A DNA stretch of 63,384 nucleotides, counting the filler, from Craspedostauros australis (lineage: Eukaryota), in the NCBI GenBank assembly GCA_030167865.1. It is 4 parts of 4 records of this genome, joined end to end, with 100 filler letters (N's around TTAATTAATTAA, not from the genome) between each part and the next. Parts side by side here need not be neighbours in the genome. Positions count along the whole stretch, not along the records: positions 1 to 31,974 come from JALAGF010005614.1; positions 32,075 to 34,121 come from JALAGF010005616.1; positions 34,222 to 55,269 come from JALAGF010005617.1; 1 more part is not named here. One strand, given 5' to 3'. Below, piece after piece: positions 22,401 to 35,289 of this stretch; position 1 is the stretch's first letter; every line of letters starts with the position of its first letter. The notes below the pieces were generated by a model. That model was given only the letters and a program-made list of their open reading frames with translations. It did not search any database and had not been told where the DNA came from. Both the position numbers and the translations under genes were made by a program.

Positions 22401-23282
22401 GCAGTCATTGCAGTCATCGATGTCGTTCCATTGACTACGTTCCATTGACTACATTCCATTGTTCTTCACTCCGCTCCATCAGTGCAGACCGCGATGAGAC
22501 TTACCGATCAGGCCTTGGCACAACATCGACGGCCTGCTTGCGCAAGTTGGATTCTGCGTTGGAAACCGAAGATGATGCTGATGACGAGTTGGCGAAGAAG
22601 CTTCCTCCTTCTCTATCGGGAACTTCGTTGGATGCTTCGTTGTTGGTGTCATCATCGGAGGTTGGTTTGGTGGTGCTTGAATCTCCGAACTTGTGCAAGC
22701 CAACTAGCTTTGGCCAAGCCCTTCTGCGGAGCGTGTCTGCGAATGTTTAAAGCAGGCAAGCATGATATGGAATGATACATAATAACACAATATTATACGA
22801 TTCGGAGATTGAGGAAGAGAGATTGGCATAATGTGTATGATAGGTGGGTAGGTCCCTGGTGTGAGAAAGTGAATGGGAGGAATAGGGATGGAGATAGAAG
22901 GTTCATCACGCGGAAGCTGGTGTGACGACTCGTAACTTGGTGGGAGTCGGGTTGATGCCATCCCGTCTATTGCACCCTCTGGAGAGTAGAGTAGAGCAGA
23001 GAGTAAGTCGAAGGCCAACCCATGTGATCATAGAACATGATGTCTTGTTGTATCGTGTAATATATCACATGCCAAGACCAATACCAATATCAACGCCAAG
23101 GTCAATACCAAGCTTGAGCCCAAACTCAATGACTTGCGCAACAACTCACCATTGACAAGACCACCCTCCGAGAGAGCCAGCTCGCGCAGCTTCCACAGAT
23201 CAACATCTGGTTGCAGGAGGATGAGGTTGATCTCTGCTGCCTTCTCCTGCAGATCCTGGATCTTCTCCGATGTCACGCCCAT
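19422..23282 (-). CDS. TBC1D20: Rab GTPase-activating protein, TBC1D20/Gyp8 family; exons 23282-23150, 22736-22505, 22260-19422
   Basis: Splicing GT-AG introns 22737-23149 and 22261-22504 gives VDLWKLRELALSEGGLVNDTLRRRAWPKLVG...QIDRDVAR (IxxDxxR)...YFQGYHDVAS (YxQ)...FCLSWVLTWFSHD..RLFD. A downstream TM helix IWMNVAVVGVVAISVVAMI matches this family. Confidence 0.88.
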
Positions 23283-26281
23283 CTTCTTTGCTTTCTCTCT
23301 CTCCTTCGCTGTCCTATGCTATGCTATGCTGTGGGTCGATTGTTGCTATGTCGCAATGTGGGCTATGCCTTCGATGGCTCCTCAGCTGCTTCAGCTGCAC
23401 CTCCGCAGACGGCAGGTTCTCGCTTCCGCAACCACGATGGCGCCACCCGGGTTTACTCGTGCTTGTCCTCGTGTTCGTGTTCTTGTTCCGGCACTGCTGC
23501 TTCTACTGCGTTGTCCACTCTGGTGGTGGCTCGACTTCGCGCGCAAAGACAGTCAGAGGCAAACACGCCACCACTGTGTATATCTTGGTGCTCGTGCGAG
23601 TCTGGCTCTATCTCTTGCTCTGCTCTACTCTTCTTCCACCGTCCTTCTATCTTTTGTGATGCCAACGACAGAGGTTCCTTTCTCCGCTGTGGTCTTCGTC
23701 TTCCTCTTCCTCTTCGTCCTGTGAGTCGGACTCTGTCTTGTTGTCGTATCCACCTCGCATGCACTGTTCGCAGCCTCTGTTGGTGAAGCTCCTCAGTCTT
23801 GGCCACTCCGCATTCTCATCGTGCGATCCGTCTTCCACAACGGGGTTTTGCGAGGGCGCGCTGGGTTTCTTGCCCGCTGGTTGCCATCTCCGTTGTTCTT
23901 TCTGTCTGCCACCACCACGCTGCCATGAGGCCTCCACTCGTGGCCGTGCCGTGTTTGTCTCCCACCGTGACTCTTCGGCCAGGAGACGAGGAACTCGCCG
24001 TGTTGCCGTTCGTTCCCATCGGTCAAACCGTGTTCGGGTGGCCAGTGGTCGATTTTGTCTTCGTGGGGGTTTGTCACCAACATTCTTCTTTGTCCACTCA
24101 GACGTCCGTTGGCAGCTGCGACGCCAACAGAAATATCGACTATTGCCCGGTGACAGACATGTTTCGAATTTAACGTCTAAATAACGCTTCAGATTGATTT
24201 ATTGGCCAAGTTCTCATTCGTGGAGTGGCTCTGTTCGTTGTCATCGACGTTTGGCGCGCGTCGGTAGTACTATGTATCGAATATAGATAATGCGTCACTT
24301 CTTGTTTGCTTTCATAATGATATCTCCATTATCGTATATCGTAGTATTGTTTCCAATTTTGAGATATACCAAATATATAATACATCAGAAGAATTCTCCA
24401 AGCACCGCAACAAGGTCGTTCGTCCTCGCAGGACTCAACTTGCCATGACTGATCACTCTCTGGTCAAGGATGTTCTTCGAATTTTCGCCACACAAACGAA
24501 GGGAAGAAAGGAGGAATGGAACAAGCGCGAAGTGACATCTCCTCTTCCGCGGAAACTCTGGACGAACAAAGCAACGACGAATCTGCAGCGACGAATCTGC
24601 AATGACAGGAGGAGATGCATTCTCCATTCTCGTGGATGTGCATGGTGTGGTGGGGTTGAGTGGAACATGACATGACGCGCAATTCAACGAAGAGAGGGGC
24701 AGCTGAGTAGGTGTACAATGCACAGCGTGGTACAGATACGTGCACAATACTCGTGCAAGTGGCGAAGGAATATGGACTCGCACGAACACAAAATGAGAGG
24801 AATGAGGATGAATGAACGACTCACGCACATGAATGAATGGATGGATGAAGGAATGAGCCACAAGCGACACTCACTGAACGGCAGGGACAGGACAAGAGAG
24901 AGGAGAGGAGGAAAGTGTCAATGCCGACATCGACGTCCCCGTCGAAGTCTGGCATGACGAAGTCACAAGACGTCAGACTGTTCATGTGGCAAAAGAGAGT
25001 CTCATCAGAGTCTCATCACTCCGTGCGTGGCTGCGCACATGAGGAACTCCGTACTCTTACATAATATATGAACGGGCATGGGCATCGACTGCGAAAGCAT
25101 AGATACTGGCGCAAACGCGGGCAAAGCCGCAGGATCGAAAGACCTTCGATTGCTGCCACCTCTGGATGATCAATGGGAGGACGAAGCAAAGCTCGTACAC
25201 ACGGGCATGGCGAAGACGGCGAGGATCCTTTCCGACCCACAGCGCAAGCAGGCTCATCTTCCGATGCCCTTCGTAACTCCTTCATGACCATCATGACGTT
25301 GGAAGCAAACATCGTCACCCCAGCTGTCGATGCAGCCGTGATGCAGTCGTTGATGCTGATCCCGTGACCGCAGCGGTGTCTGGCTGCCCCTGTCAACTGC
25401 TTCACAGCTTCAACCCCTTTTGCTTCTTTTCCATTCAAGATGACCTCAACGGTGCTGTGCCATTCGATTCTATTCTACGGCATGCATTGGTAAATCGTTC
25501 ACGTGCTGATCTTATGATTCGTATTTTATTTGCCGACTTTGTTTTTGATTTTTGCGTCACGCTACCATGGGTGTGCGGGACGGTGAGAATCTGACAGGTA
25601 AGCCGGACGTGATGGCGATTGAGCTGTGCGTGGACGGACTTGTGGACGACGGAATGGGAAGCAGTGACACACGTACTGTGTCGTTGCCGCATCTCCTCCA
25701 TCCAAAGGCTGAAGCACACTGAGGCTGGATTGGGTGTGTGGCAGGCACGGTTGACTACGAATACGGGTTCGAATACTCTTTGTCGACGCACCTTCCACAA
25801 GTGGAAAATGGACGAACGGGCCAAAGCCCGTCGCCCACAACCCATCAGACTGTGCTCACATTCACGTTCGTGTGCACGTTTACAGTCATTGGTGACGTGA
25901 CGATGGGGTCGATACTGGAAGGATGAGGGGAGGATAGCAAAATGGAGTGACTGGGATCGTCATCAAATACTTCCCTTGTGATATGTGCAGTAGCGATAGG
26001 AAGGAAGGAAGGTAGCTGACACGCAACTTGGATATGAATATGGTGTAGGTATGCCCACTGATGCCCAGATGCATGTATATAAAATATATGCACACGCAGG
26101 AGAGGGGGGCAGATGCTCAGGGTGGATCGAGTCCTCGTGTGTTGATCACGAAGCGTCCAGACTGGCGTGCGGACACGCAATCGAACCATTGTTGCACGTT
26201 GCATGCCGTGTGATGCCCGCTGTGGCAGACCACAAGCGCATCATCGGACAGCAGCTGCCCGCCCAATGGACAGAAGAGGCC

Positions 26282-28270
26282 TTACAAGACCGACAGGTCA
26301 GCCTTCTTGGTCTTCTGTGCCACCATGAGGCCCCACTCAATGTTGTTGGGCGAGGAGTCTCTCCATGTGGCCAGCCCGGCTCCCATCTTGGTGAAGTACT
26401 CGCCGGACAGGCCGAGCGTGGTCTGCTTCTCCATGAGGACCTGGCGGACGGTGCCGTAGTGCGTGGCGATCTGCTCCGAGCTGTCGAAGAACTCGAACTG
26501 GGTGAAGCCGGCCTTCTCCAGTGTCTGCCTGTAGTTGGAGACGGTTCCCATCTTGGAGAGAGAGATGCGATCGTAGATGGGCTGCATCTGCTTGGCGTCC
26601 ACGACGTCGGCCTGCATAATGTCGGAGAAGATGATCCAACCACCTGGCCTGAGGACGCGGGCCGCCTCAGCGATGGCGCGACGCTGGCGTTGGGGTCCCA
26701 CGTGGAGCAGCGCGTCCATGGAGATGACGAGGTCGGCGGACTCATCCGCGACGCTGACGTCGAGGTAGGACTCCTCGAGGATGGTGAGGTCGCCGGTGTT
26801 GGCGCCGGCGTCCTCCAGCAGCTTGTCGTTGAGATGGCGGGCCTGGACGCACATGCGGTGGGAGATGTCGACGCCGATGCCGTTCCAGACGCATCCAGTG
26901 GCGTAGATACGGCGGAGGAGGCCGCCGTAGCCACAGCCGAAGTCGACCACTCGGAGCTGGGGCTGGCCTGGCAGGCACTTGGCCTCGATGAGCTGCAGGA
27001 ACTGAAGCTCGTGCATCTCCTGCGCCTTGGAGACGCGCTGGGCGGATGTGAGGCCCTTCTCCTGGATGAGATCGTAGCGACCGACGTGCAGGTTGTCCTC
27101 TCCCCAGACGGAGGCGTAGAACTTCTGGGCATCGTCGGAGTCGTAGTAGGCCTTGGCCATGCTGGTGCTCTCCTGCGAGAACCAGATGAAGATGGAGAGG
27201 CCGTCGCAGTTGATGTGGTCCTCGCCGCTGACGAGGAAGTTGTCCGTGACGTTCTCCACGTCGACATCGTAGGCGCGCAGGAGCTGCTGGACCTCGGTGA
27301 CGTTCTGCCACAGGGTGGAGTAGTTGGACGGGGTGTGGAGCGATCGGCGCTCGAAGTCGACGTGCTTCTTGAGGTCGAAGGGTCCGCATAGATGCGGGTT
27401 CTTGGCGTAGTAGTTCATGACGGCGTGGGAGAAGAACTGGCCGTTCCAGTAGGAGACCATGCAGCGACCTTCCGGGCCTGCGACCTTGAGCATCTGTGCC
27501 ACGACTGCACCGCGCAGGGCCACGGGCATGATGTTGAGGGTGTTGTTGACGCAGGTGACCAGAGGGCGCTTGAAGTTGTACTTTGGCTGGATCTTGGCCT
27601 CCCACCACTCCTCGAGGCGCAGGGCGTCGGCGGAGAGGAAGTGGAGGTTGTCGTTGTTGCGGGCGTTGTTTGGGGCGGTCTTCTCCTCCTGCTGCGAGGA
27701 GACGGAGGCAGAGGCGGTTCCATCGTCAACAGCATCTCCATCAACATCATCATCGCCCTGGGTGCGACCAGAGAGGTAGCAATCGCGACAGAACTTGAGG
27801 AACTCCTCGTTGATGTCGATGCCGAAGCGAGGGACGGAGACCATGTCCTGATCGTCGCCTGGGAGGTTGTCGTAGAGCTGGCCGATGACGTCGCCGGTGC
27901 CGCAGCCGACCTCGATGATGACATCGTGTCCGTGGAGACGGGCGGTGTCCAGCACCTGTCTGCGCGTGGCGTTGTAGGTGTCCTTGAAGACGGAGCCCTG
28001 CTCGGAGATGGAGCTGTGCCATGCAGCAGGAGTCATGTGCTCCCAAATCTCGCGCTTCTCATCGTGGCCGCTGTCGGATGCGGCGCCGCTGCATGGCTCG
28101 GTCTTCTCCTCTCCCTCGTGTGCGGAGTCGATGGATCGGAGGACCTTGGGGTTGCCTGCGATCCTGTCGAGGGAGACCTCCTCCACCATCTGAGTGAGGG
28201 TGCTGGGGGAGCAGTTGGTGGTGTTGCTGGGGGAGCTGGTCGTGGTGGCTTCTGCTGCAGGTGGAGTCAT
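26282..28270 (-). CDS. Two-domain SAM-dependent methyltransferase; C-terminal domain sarcosine/dimethylglycine N-methyltransferase-like (probable glycine-betaine synthesis enzyme)
   Basis: Two class-I motif I sites (IIEVGCGTG; VVDFGCGYGG). The C-domain has YYDSDDAQKFYASVWGEDNLHVG, ISMDALLH and RVLRPGG..IFSDIM. Likely start is ATG 28270 (MTPPAAE); the upstream ORF extension looks non-coding. High GC3. Confidence 0.85.
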   Translation of the reverse strand: MTPPAAEATTTSSPSNTTNCSPSTLTQMVEEVSLDRIAGNPKVLRSIDSAHEGEEKTEPCSGAASDSGHDEKREIWEHMTPAAWHSSISEQGSVFKDTYNATRRQVLDTARLHGHDVIIEVGCGTGDVIGQLYDNLPGDDQDMVSVPRFGIDINEEFLKFCRDCYLSGRTQGDDDVDGDAVDDGTASASVSSQQEEKTAPNNARNNDNLHFLSADALRLEEWWEAKIQPKYNFKRPLVTCVNNTLNIMPVALRGAVVAQMLKVAGPEGRCMVSYWNGQFFSHAVMNYYAKNPHLCGPFDLKKHVDFERRSLHTPSNYSTLWQNVTEVQQLLRAYDVDVENVTDNFLVSGEDHINCDGLSIFIWFSQESTSMAKAYYDSDDAQKFYASVWGEDNLHVGRYDLIQEKGLTSAQRVSKAQEMHELQFLQLIEAKCLPGQPQLRVVDFGCGYGGLLRRIYATGCVWNGIGVDISHRMCVQARHLNDKLLEDAGANTGDLTILEESYLDVSVADESADLVISMDALLHVGPQRQRRAIAEAARVLRPGGWIIFSDIMQADVVDAKQMQPIYDRISLSKMGTVSNYRQTLEKAGFTQFEFFDSSEQIATHYGTVRQVLMEKQTTLGLSGEYFTKMGAGLATWRDSSPNNIEWGLMVAQKTKKADLSVL

Positions 28271-30487
28271 CTTTGCTTTGTTGCTGTTGGTTACTGTTGG
28301 TTGCTGTTGGTTTTGATTGTGGCTGCGAGAGGGAATGTTCCTTGATTGGAGACTTACGTGATTGTGAATACTTGGACGGGCTCCTTGACTCCTTGGCTGA
28401 TTGAATGATGGGTGATGAGTGGATGGCGGGGAGAAGGAGAGACTGCGAGAGGCCTGTCTTCTGCTGCGTTTTTGTGAGGAATGATGCGTCGTGGACTGAT
28501 GCAGATGATTCTGGGTGTTGGTGTGGCAATTGTACGAACTGATCGTACATCCGGCTGATTTTATGCGGAGGAATGAGAGGAGGAAGATGGATCTGCCGAT
28601 TGGCGTTTTCAAGCGTGTGGCACGAGTGGGACGTGGGAAGGTAGGTACGTCTTTGTACCATGGAACACGAACTGCGGGAGAGGCGAAATCCACTCGTTGG
28701 CGCCGTCCTTTCGTCGACTCGTGAGTCAGTCCCAAGCCCCACGCTGCTTCACAAAACTAGAAAACAAATCTTTCCGCCATCAACACGCAAGGATCGCGAG
28801 CGCAAAATCGAGAGACCCCGCAACACTGGCGTGAGGCCTGCGCGTGTACGTACGTCGTACAACAGCTGCTACGGCTATTACTACGGCTATTACTACTACC
28901 ATTATTACTGCTATTGCTACGATCCAGAGCGCCTACTATACGAGCTGCCAGATGTCGCGGACAGATGAGGAATGGGTGGCCCTCAGCGCTCCCACAGAAG
29001 ATGATTCCTCAACGATTCCAAGAGATTCCAAGAGATCACAAGAGGTCACAGGAACGTATGTGGATCCAACAGACATGACAGCTGGTCGCTCATCCCACAT
29101 CGTCGCGTGGTCTCACAGCGCTCAACCGAACAAGCGCGCAGTTCCGTGAGTTCTTGTCACGATGGAGCGAGTGGAAGGAGCGAAGCGCTTCGGAATCAAA
29201 CAGGAACAGAGCTCCACAGAGTACGAGCTATTGCCATGTATCAGTACAACAGAGGAATACATTCTCGCACGAGACGTGAACATGCGATCGGCAGCATCCA
29301 TGATGCATGCGCATGGACACACACGCATCCATCGATCGGAATGAGAGAGAAAGTGGAGGGGGCGAACAAAAACCTCCATCCGATCCGATGGATGGCGCCA
29401 CTCTTGGCGCCAAAGATACCCTCCCCAATCCCCCGCCATGCCATCCATCACCCTCTTGTCTGACCGTGTTGTTGCTGCGTTTGCCATGCCGAAAAAAGGT
29501 GGATCTGTCGCCGCAGTGACGGTCGCTGTTCTTGTTGCTGCTGTCATCTTGTCTCAAGATTCATGTTTGCGCAGACCGTTCGAAACCGCCATTGTCGCCC
29601 AGACGAGTGCACCAGACACCCCGGTGTCAGACTCCGAGAACCTCACGAATCGGCAGCTGTCTGACAGCCACGTGGGAACTTCATCAAGCACGCAGACAAA
29701 CAAACCTGGAACCCTTGCTTGGAGTTGTGTACAATTCTACGTACGTGATTTCTACGAAAATTCTGCAGTACTTGCAACAGGCCAAACCGAACTTCGCTGG
29801 CGTGGTGCTCTTCAGGACAGACGCGCGAATGGGTGGACAGATGAACGGGTGAGAGGACAAACTGGTGGACGGACGAACGAACGAATAGACTTTGGCCTTG
29901 GATGCGTCAAGCGGTCGATCGAGTCGTCTATGTCGTGGCCAAAGTCAAATCGCAGATTGCGAAAGATACCACCGAGCAAGTCTCCCTCTTTAAGAGCCCG
30001 ATCAGCGAGTCGACCAACTGTTTGCAATCAAGAGTCTAATCAAATTTCTGGGATTTTAAAACTAATTGCATATACATAATACTCGTAGTCTATTTACATA
30101 TGTGGGACCCTTTCAGCTTGTACTTTGTTTCATTTTAAGTTTTATGGAGCGATCTATGTGTACATTGCAGTCGCGTTGATCCTACAGCAGAAAACTCGTT
30201 AGTTTCTGCCGAACGTTCGATAGTGTTCTCGTGTATTTATCGTGAGGTGATCAGTCACGGGCTTGCTTCCGAAGGTGCCGGTGGTTTGGTACGCGTTAAT
30301 TACACGTTAGCATGTGGCGCATGATTCCACATTCTGCTCGTCACAAAACAGATGACACAAAACACATCACACAAAACACATCATCTCCATCATTTCGCAA
30401 ATTCGCGCCACACGTTCGCTCCATTTCACAACTTGGCTCGCCAATGCCATGCACACTCGCCCTTTCGCTCAATGCACGTTCTCGTCA

Positions 30488-30488
<1 letters not shown>

Positions 30489-30518
<30 letters not shown>

Positions 30519-30539
30519 TGTTGTTGTTGTTGTTGTTGT
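30489..30539. repeat. Compound (AGT)n(TGT)n microsatellite
   Basis: Read directly. Confidence 0.95.
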
Positions 30540-30653
30540 CAACGAATGGTCCACCCATCGTCGCATGCTCTCCTTTCGTCACTTCGTCCTCCACCTGTGC
30601 AGTTCATCACATCCATCTTGCAAACAACACTACTCTACAGCAACAACTGCATC

Positions 30654-31974
30654 ATGCCTTTCTCTACCACCGCCAAGGCCCTCTCCAAGGATGGCAACCC
30701 CTCCCCCAGTAAGAAACCTCGCGCTCACCCTGTGTCTGCTCCTCCTGTCGATTCGAAGGGGGATTGCTGCCTACTGCTGAACAACTGTTGCCTGACAAGC
30801 CGTCCGCTGCATTGCGGAAGCCGACCATCATCACGCGAGTGATCGATGTGAAGCCGATGCATGCAGCGGATGGCAACCTCGTCCCGAACGGCACGCATGC
30901 GCACGCTCGTGAGCTGCACGTGTTCGTACACATCCTCGACAACAACGGAGGCGTCTACGACGACTCCCATGTCAGGGTGCGTTCGGAGGGACGAGGTGTC
31001 GGCGATGGTACGTTGGTGAGCGTTATCGTGAACGCGCCAACCCCAGTTGAGCCTCTTGTTGCGTCTGATGTTGCACCACCTGTCAAGCCGACTCCACCAG
31101 GGAGGCTTCTCTGGCGCTGCAACACGGTAGCTTCTGGGGGGTACGCAGATCCCTCAAATGAGAGCGACAGCACGTATGTTGACGAAAAGGAGGAACAGAC
31201 ACGCGCNGGCAGGGGCGGGAGGGGCGGGAAGTTTGGGCATGATCCGGAGGAGGAGAGCTGGANGCGCNATGCTATCGTTCGTGTGATGGCGGAGCTTGGA
31301 TCTAACCTAGATCCAAAACTGTTGCGGTCAATGCCGAAAAAAGGGTTCGTCCTCACAGGCAGACACAGTCGAACCATCTGGAGTAACATCAAACAGATGT
31401 GGAGTGTCGTATCGTGCGCGCTTTGGACTGTCCTGCTTCCAGAAGAAGAGGTGCCAACTCGTCAGATGGGACAGGTGGTTGCATACGTGCGCGGTCAGGT
31501 TGAGCTTCCTCNNNNNNNNNNNNNNNNNNNNNNNNNNNNNNNNNNNNNNNNNNNNNNNNNNNNNNNNNNNNNNNNNNNNNNNNNNNNNNNNNNNNNNNNN
31601 NNNNNNNNNNNNNNNNNNNNNNNNNNNNNNNNNNNNNNNNNNNNNNNNNNNNNNNNNNNNNNNNNNNNNNNNNNNNNNNNNNNNNNNNNNNNNNNNNNNN
31701 NNNNNNNNNNNNNNNNNTTGCGGGGTTACTACGACATCTTGAGCAACGGCAAAGTCATCCCATCCCGAGTTCTCCAGTATCGCGTGCGTGCCTGTGATCT
31801 CTCTGGTGTGGTGTCCTTCCTCATGACCACTACTACATACAAGGCGGGGCTGAGTCACACGGTACAGTATGGGGGGGTTGAATTCGAAAATGTCCCGGTG
31901 TTCGATCGAGGTGGCACGACCATCCGAGAATTATTTGGCATGTACTCGTCCACTACAAACAGCCCAGTGGGAAG
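30654..31974 (+). other. Fragmentary ORF of unknown function in a gap-rich, repeat-like block (possibly transposon-derived)
   Basis: Long open frame on both sides of an N gap with globular-looking sequence (GVVSFLMTTTTYKAGLSHTVQYGGVEFENVPVFDRGGTTIRELFGMY). Ambiguous bases and gaps are typical of collapsed repeats. No definitive motif. Confidence 0.35.
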
Positions 31975-32018
31975 NNNNNNNNNNNNNNNNNNNNNNNNNN
32001 NNNNNNNNNNNNNNNNNN

Positions 32019-32030
32019 TTAATTAATTAA
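32019..32030. other. Artificial TTAATTAATTAA scaffold spacer inside an N gap (also 34166-34177 and 55314-55325)
   Basis: An identical 12-mer with stops in all six frames sits inside N runs three times. Confidence 0.95.
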
Positions 32031-35000
32031 NNNNNNNNNNNNNNNNNNNNNNNNNNNNNNNNNNNNNNNNNNNNATGCACCCCTCGGTCCAGGACCTGCG
32101 ACGCAAGGTCCGCCGAATGATCCAGGGTGCGAGTCAGGATATGACCGAAGCGGAGATGTGTTTGTTCCGGGAGGGCCAACATATTGAACACTGCACCGAG
32201 GTTCAAATGCAACAGTGGGTGAACTCTATGATCGCCGTTCACGCGGCGGTGAGAGCGCGGCGACGATCGCGGTCGATGCACGCCGAGAGGCGGGCGTTGG
32301 CGGCTTGGTTGGGGCTTTCATAGCAGACGACACACGACAGCTCGCTCAAAGCACAGCCCTACAGGGCCTGCAGCGGCGAGGGTAAAGCCTTATGGCACAT
32401 TTCTAATGTAATCCTTGAGTTATTATTATTCACGGCAACAGCAACACTTGCGAATACTCCACAGCAAAATATCCCTTCGTGGACCAGCCCTAAAGGATCT
32501 GTCAGAGCCGTTATAAAGCCTCCGTGTTAAATTTCTACAGCTTTTCCCTACCATGTCCTACGCACAAAATCTAATTCTGTACCTGTCTCTAAACTGGATT
32601 TAGACTGTAATGGTCAGCTCACAATGAGAAGAACCAATCAAAGAGATTGCGTGCAACGAAGAATGATCCACGAGTGATGAGCCACGGAGATCATCAGAGA
32701 AGCAATGTGCTGGCAGGCATTCATGGAGCTGTATGGACATGCATGTCAAGTAATGCATGCGAAAAATGGCGATTGAGTTGGGAGATGTGAGCACCGAAAA
32801 AATCATTGATGTGTCACGAAAATCAGCGATGATGGCCTCGCTGATGAGTTTTCCCGTCAGTCCCGTCGTCGAAAAAATGATTCACGAGTACTTCGGAGGC
32901 CGATGGCGACCCAACCGCAGTAAGAAGACCCCTGATTCAGGAAGATCAGAAGAAGNGCAAACTCCCAAGGATTCCGTTNGTACAAGAAAAGNGGAGGGGT
33001 ACATGTAAAAGTTGCGGTCAAAAACGGAATGGAGTGACAATGAAATTTATATTGGATCGAAGTAATCCCCTAGGTCATGAAGGGATAATACAATGGAGCA
33101 CAGTGACTCATCCTATGGTATAAAAATATTCTATACTCTCCACAACATAATAGGATGAACTTGATGCTTATCTTAGCAATCCACAAGTGATGACAAGATA
33201 ACCCTGAATGGGGTCACACAAGGAAAGTGGTCATGGAGAGAAATGCTGATGCATGGAAGGAATCAATNNNNNNNNNNNNNNNNNNNNNNNNNNNNNNNNN
33301 NNNNNNNNNNNNNNNNNTCACACAAGGAAAGTGGTCATGGAGAGAAATGCTGATGCATGGAAGGAATCAATGGATTGACGGGCACTGATTTAGTCTTGGG
33401 GCAGATTTGGATACGGGACTGATGGTCGTGACTTGAAATCGGGGTGAACGAGGCTGACCAGTTATGAAATTGGAGGTGTTTGCGTGGCTCATAATTTCAT
33501 AATATCGGCTTCTAAGCCAATCAGATCACTCCATTATGAACACAAGATACCTTNNNNNNNNNNNNNNNNNNNNNNNNNNNNNNNCGTATAACGTCAATCG
33601 AAAAAATTATGAAATCCTGGAGTTGAGTTATGAACGCCCCAAAAAGAGCGTTCATAACTCAACTCTCACTTTTCGTCGAGATCTCGTCTCGTGTCTTCCT
33701 CTCAAATCGCTCCTCCAACGGCAATTTCGAGTTGATGTGATTTCTTCCCTCACATGCGTTGGCATCAGTTTTTATCGACCTCTGTCGGTCAAGTATCGTC
33801 ACGCGACCCTCCACTTCCTCCCTTGCATGCACCATCAATCTGTGTCGATTGNNCATCTCCTTTCATGCACGTCNTGGCCTTCCTTCATGTAGCTTGTTCN
33901 NAGAGCTTGTGGTATGATTTGCGTTTTGTGTTATATTATTGGCATCTGCTCTATCATCATGGATTACTCCTCTTTCCTCCAACGCCGCCGCGAGGTAGCC
34001 ACCGCTACCGTCCTCGTCATCATCGCCGAACAACTATTGGCACAGCAGCGTCTTCTCACGTTCGCTGTGGCCGACTACCTCCATGACAGCTTGCCCACTG
34101 CTTTGCGCAGAGGCCGCTACANNNNNNNNNNNNNNNNNNNNNNNNNNNNNNNNNNNNNNNNNNNNTTAATTAATTAANNNNNNNNNNNNNNNNNNNNNNN
34201 NNNNNNNNNNNNNNNNNNNNNTGCTTGCGATGGCGAAAGCGCATGCGAGGATGTTGCCCACAATGAAACTATCGCCAATGACATTGTCATCAAGGAGAGA
34301 GCCTGTGGGGGTGCTTCATCATGCCAGGAATGTCTGAGACAATACGATTGCGGCGGTGGCGACACTATGACATACACCATCAGTGGCGCCGGTGATTGTC
34401 CCGGCCCTGATCCAGGAGCCTGTTCTCTGAGTAACTAACCATAGCGTATGGTACCATGCACCTCAATAGTAGAATAGGATATGATAGCTCGTATTTCTGC
34501 CGTCGCATGCCCACTCTGGTGTTTTTTCATGTAATGCTGCCCTTTCCGTGCTTTGCGAAAGAGCATGTGACGAGAAGAGAAGAGATGAGTGAGGATGCTG
34601 ATGATCGGAGTGATGCAACATCGGATACTGGTACTTCGTATCGCACCAACCACCAACTCCATTCTTGACGTGCGTGCCTGTGCGCCGATTCAACACCTTC
34701 TAAGCTACTTTTTGACATGGGGAGGATCCCTCGTGCACAACATCCTCCAAGGATGCTCCTGGCATTTCACACACCGCCTTGACTGTCCACCACCCTCACA
34801 CATTCACCAACAACCAACCCCCATGCCAACGCATTGTATTGCTACGCTACACTCCATGGTTCCGCGCTGCCTGATTCGGATTGAATCAATTGATCTCAGA
34901 TGTGGTATATTGTTGCGTTGACAGCATTTCGACGGCCACATGAATCGCCTCCCTCTGCAGCTGCGATGTCCTCCGCCAACCTTGGCAACTTTGGTGATAC

Positions 35001-35289
35001 AGGTCTGTCCAACGGGTGCGCTCACATAATGAAAACACTGGAGAGACATGCCTACGTATCGGAATGGGGAGAGTATAGTAGACTGCTCTCTCTCTCTCTC
35101 TCTCCAGAGTGCCTACTATACAAAATCAAGTCTGAGATCGGGACAAATGGATCCAAAATCTGTTGCCAACTGCAACAAAAAATCCCCCAAACTTTTTGGG
35201 GTATGTTTGTCATAGGCACTAGAGTACTATTCCAGTATATTATTGTAGTAGAGTTGTTATAAGCTTCCGCGCTCTCTGCCTGTTCCGCA

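Noticed and set aside
22261..22504. ORF-track N-terminus of the 1007-aa TBC ORF
   Set aside because: Lies within a GT-AG intron; the conserved N-terminal TBC motifs are in upstream exons.
23300..26200. Numerous short ORFs in the intergenic stretches (also 13700-15500, 28800-30000, 46200-48500)
   Set aside because: No recognisable motifs, codon bias or consistent splice structure; treated as non-coding.
28271..28735. 155-aa N-terminal extension of the methyltransferase ORF
   Set aside because: Non-ATG start, and composition typical of promoter/5' UTR (CAA-rich leader just before ATG 28270).
32019..32030. TTAATTAATTAA recurring three times as a biological motif
   Set aside because: Always embedded in N runs; an artificial six-frame-stop scaffold spacer.
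33150..33215. DELDAYLSNP as a hAT dimerisation-domain remnant
   Set aside because: Too short, interrupted by stops, and without supporting transposase sequence.
33214..33371. 54-bp direct repeat flanking an N gap
   Set aside because: Identical sequence on both sides of a gap is most simply an unmerged contig overlap.
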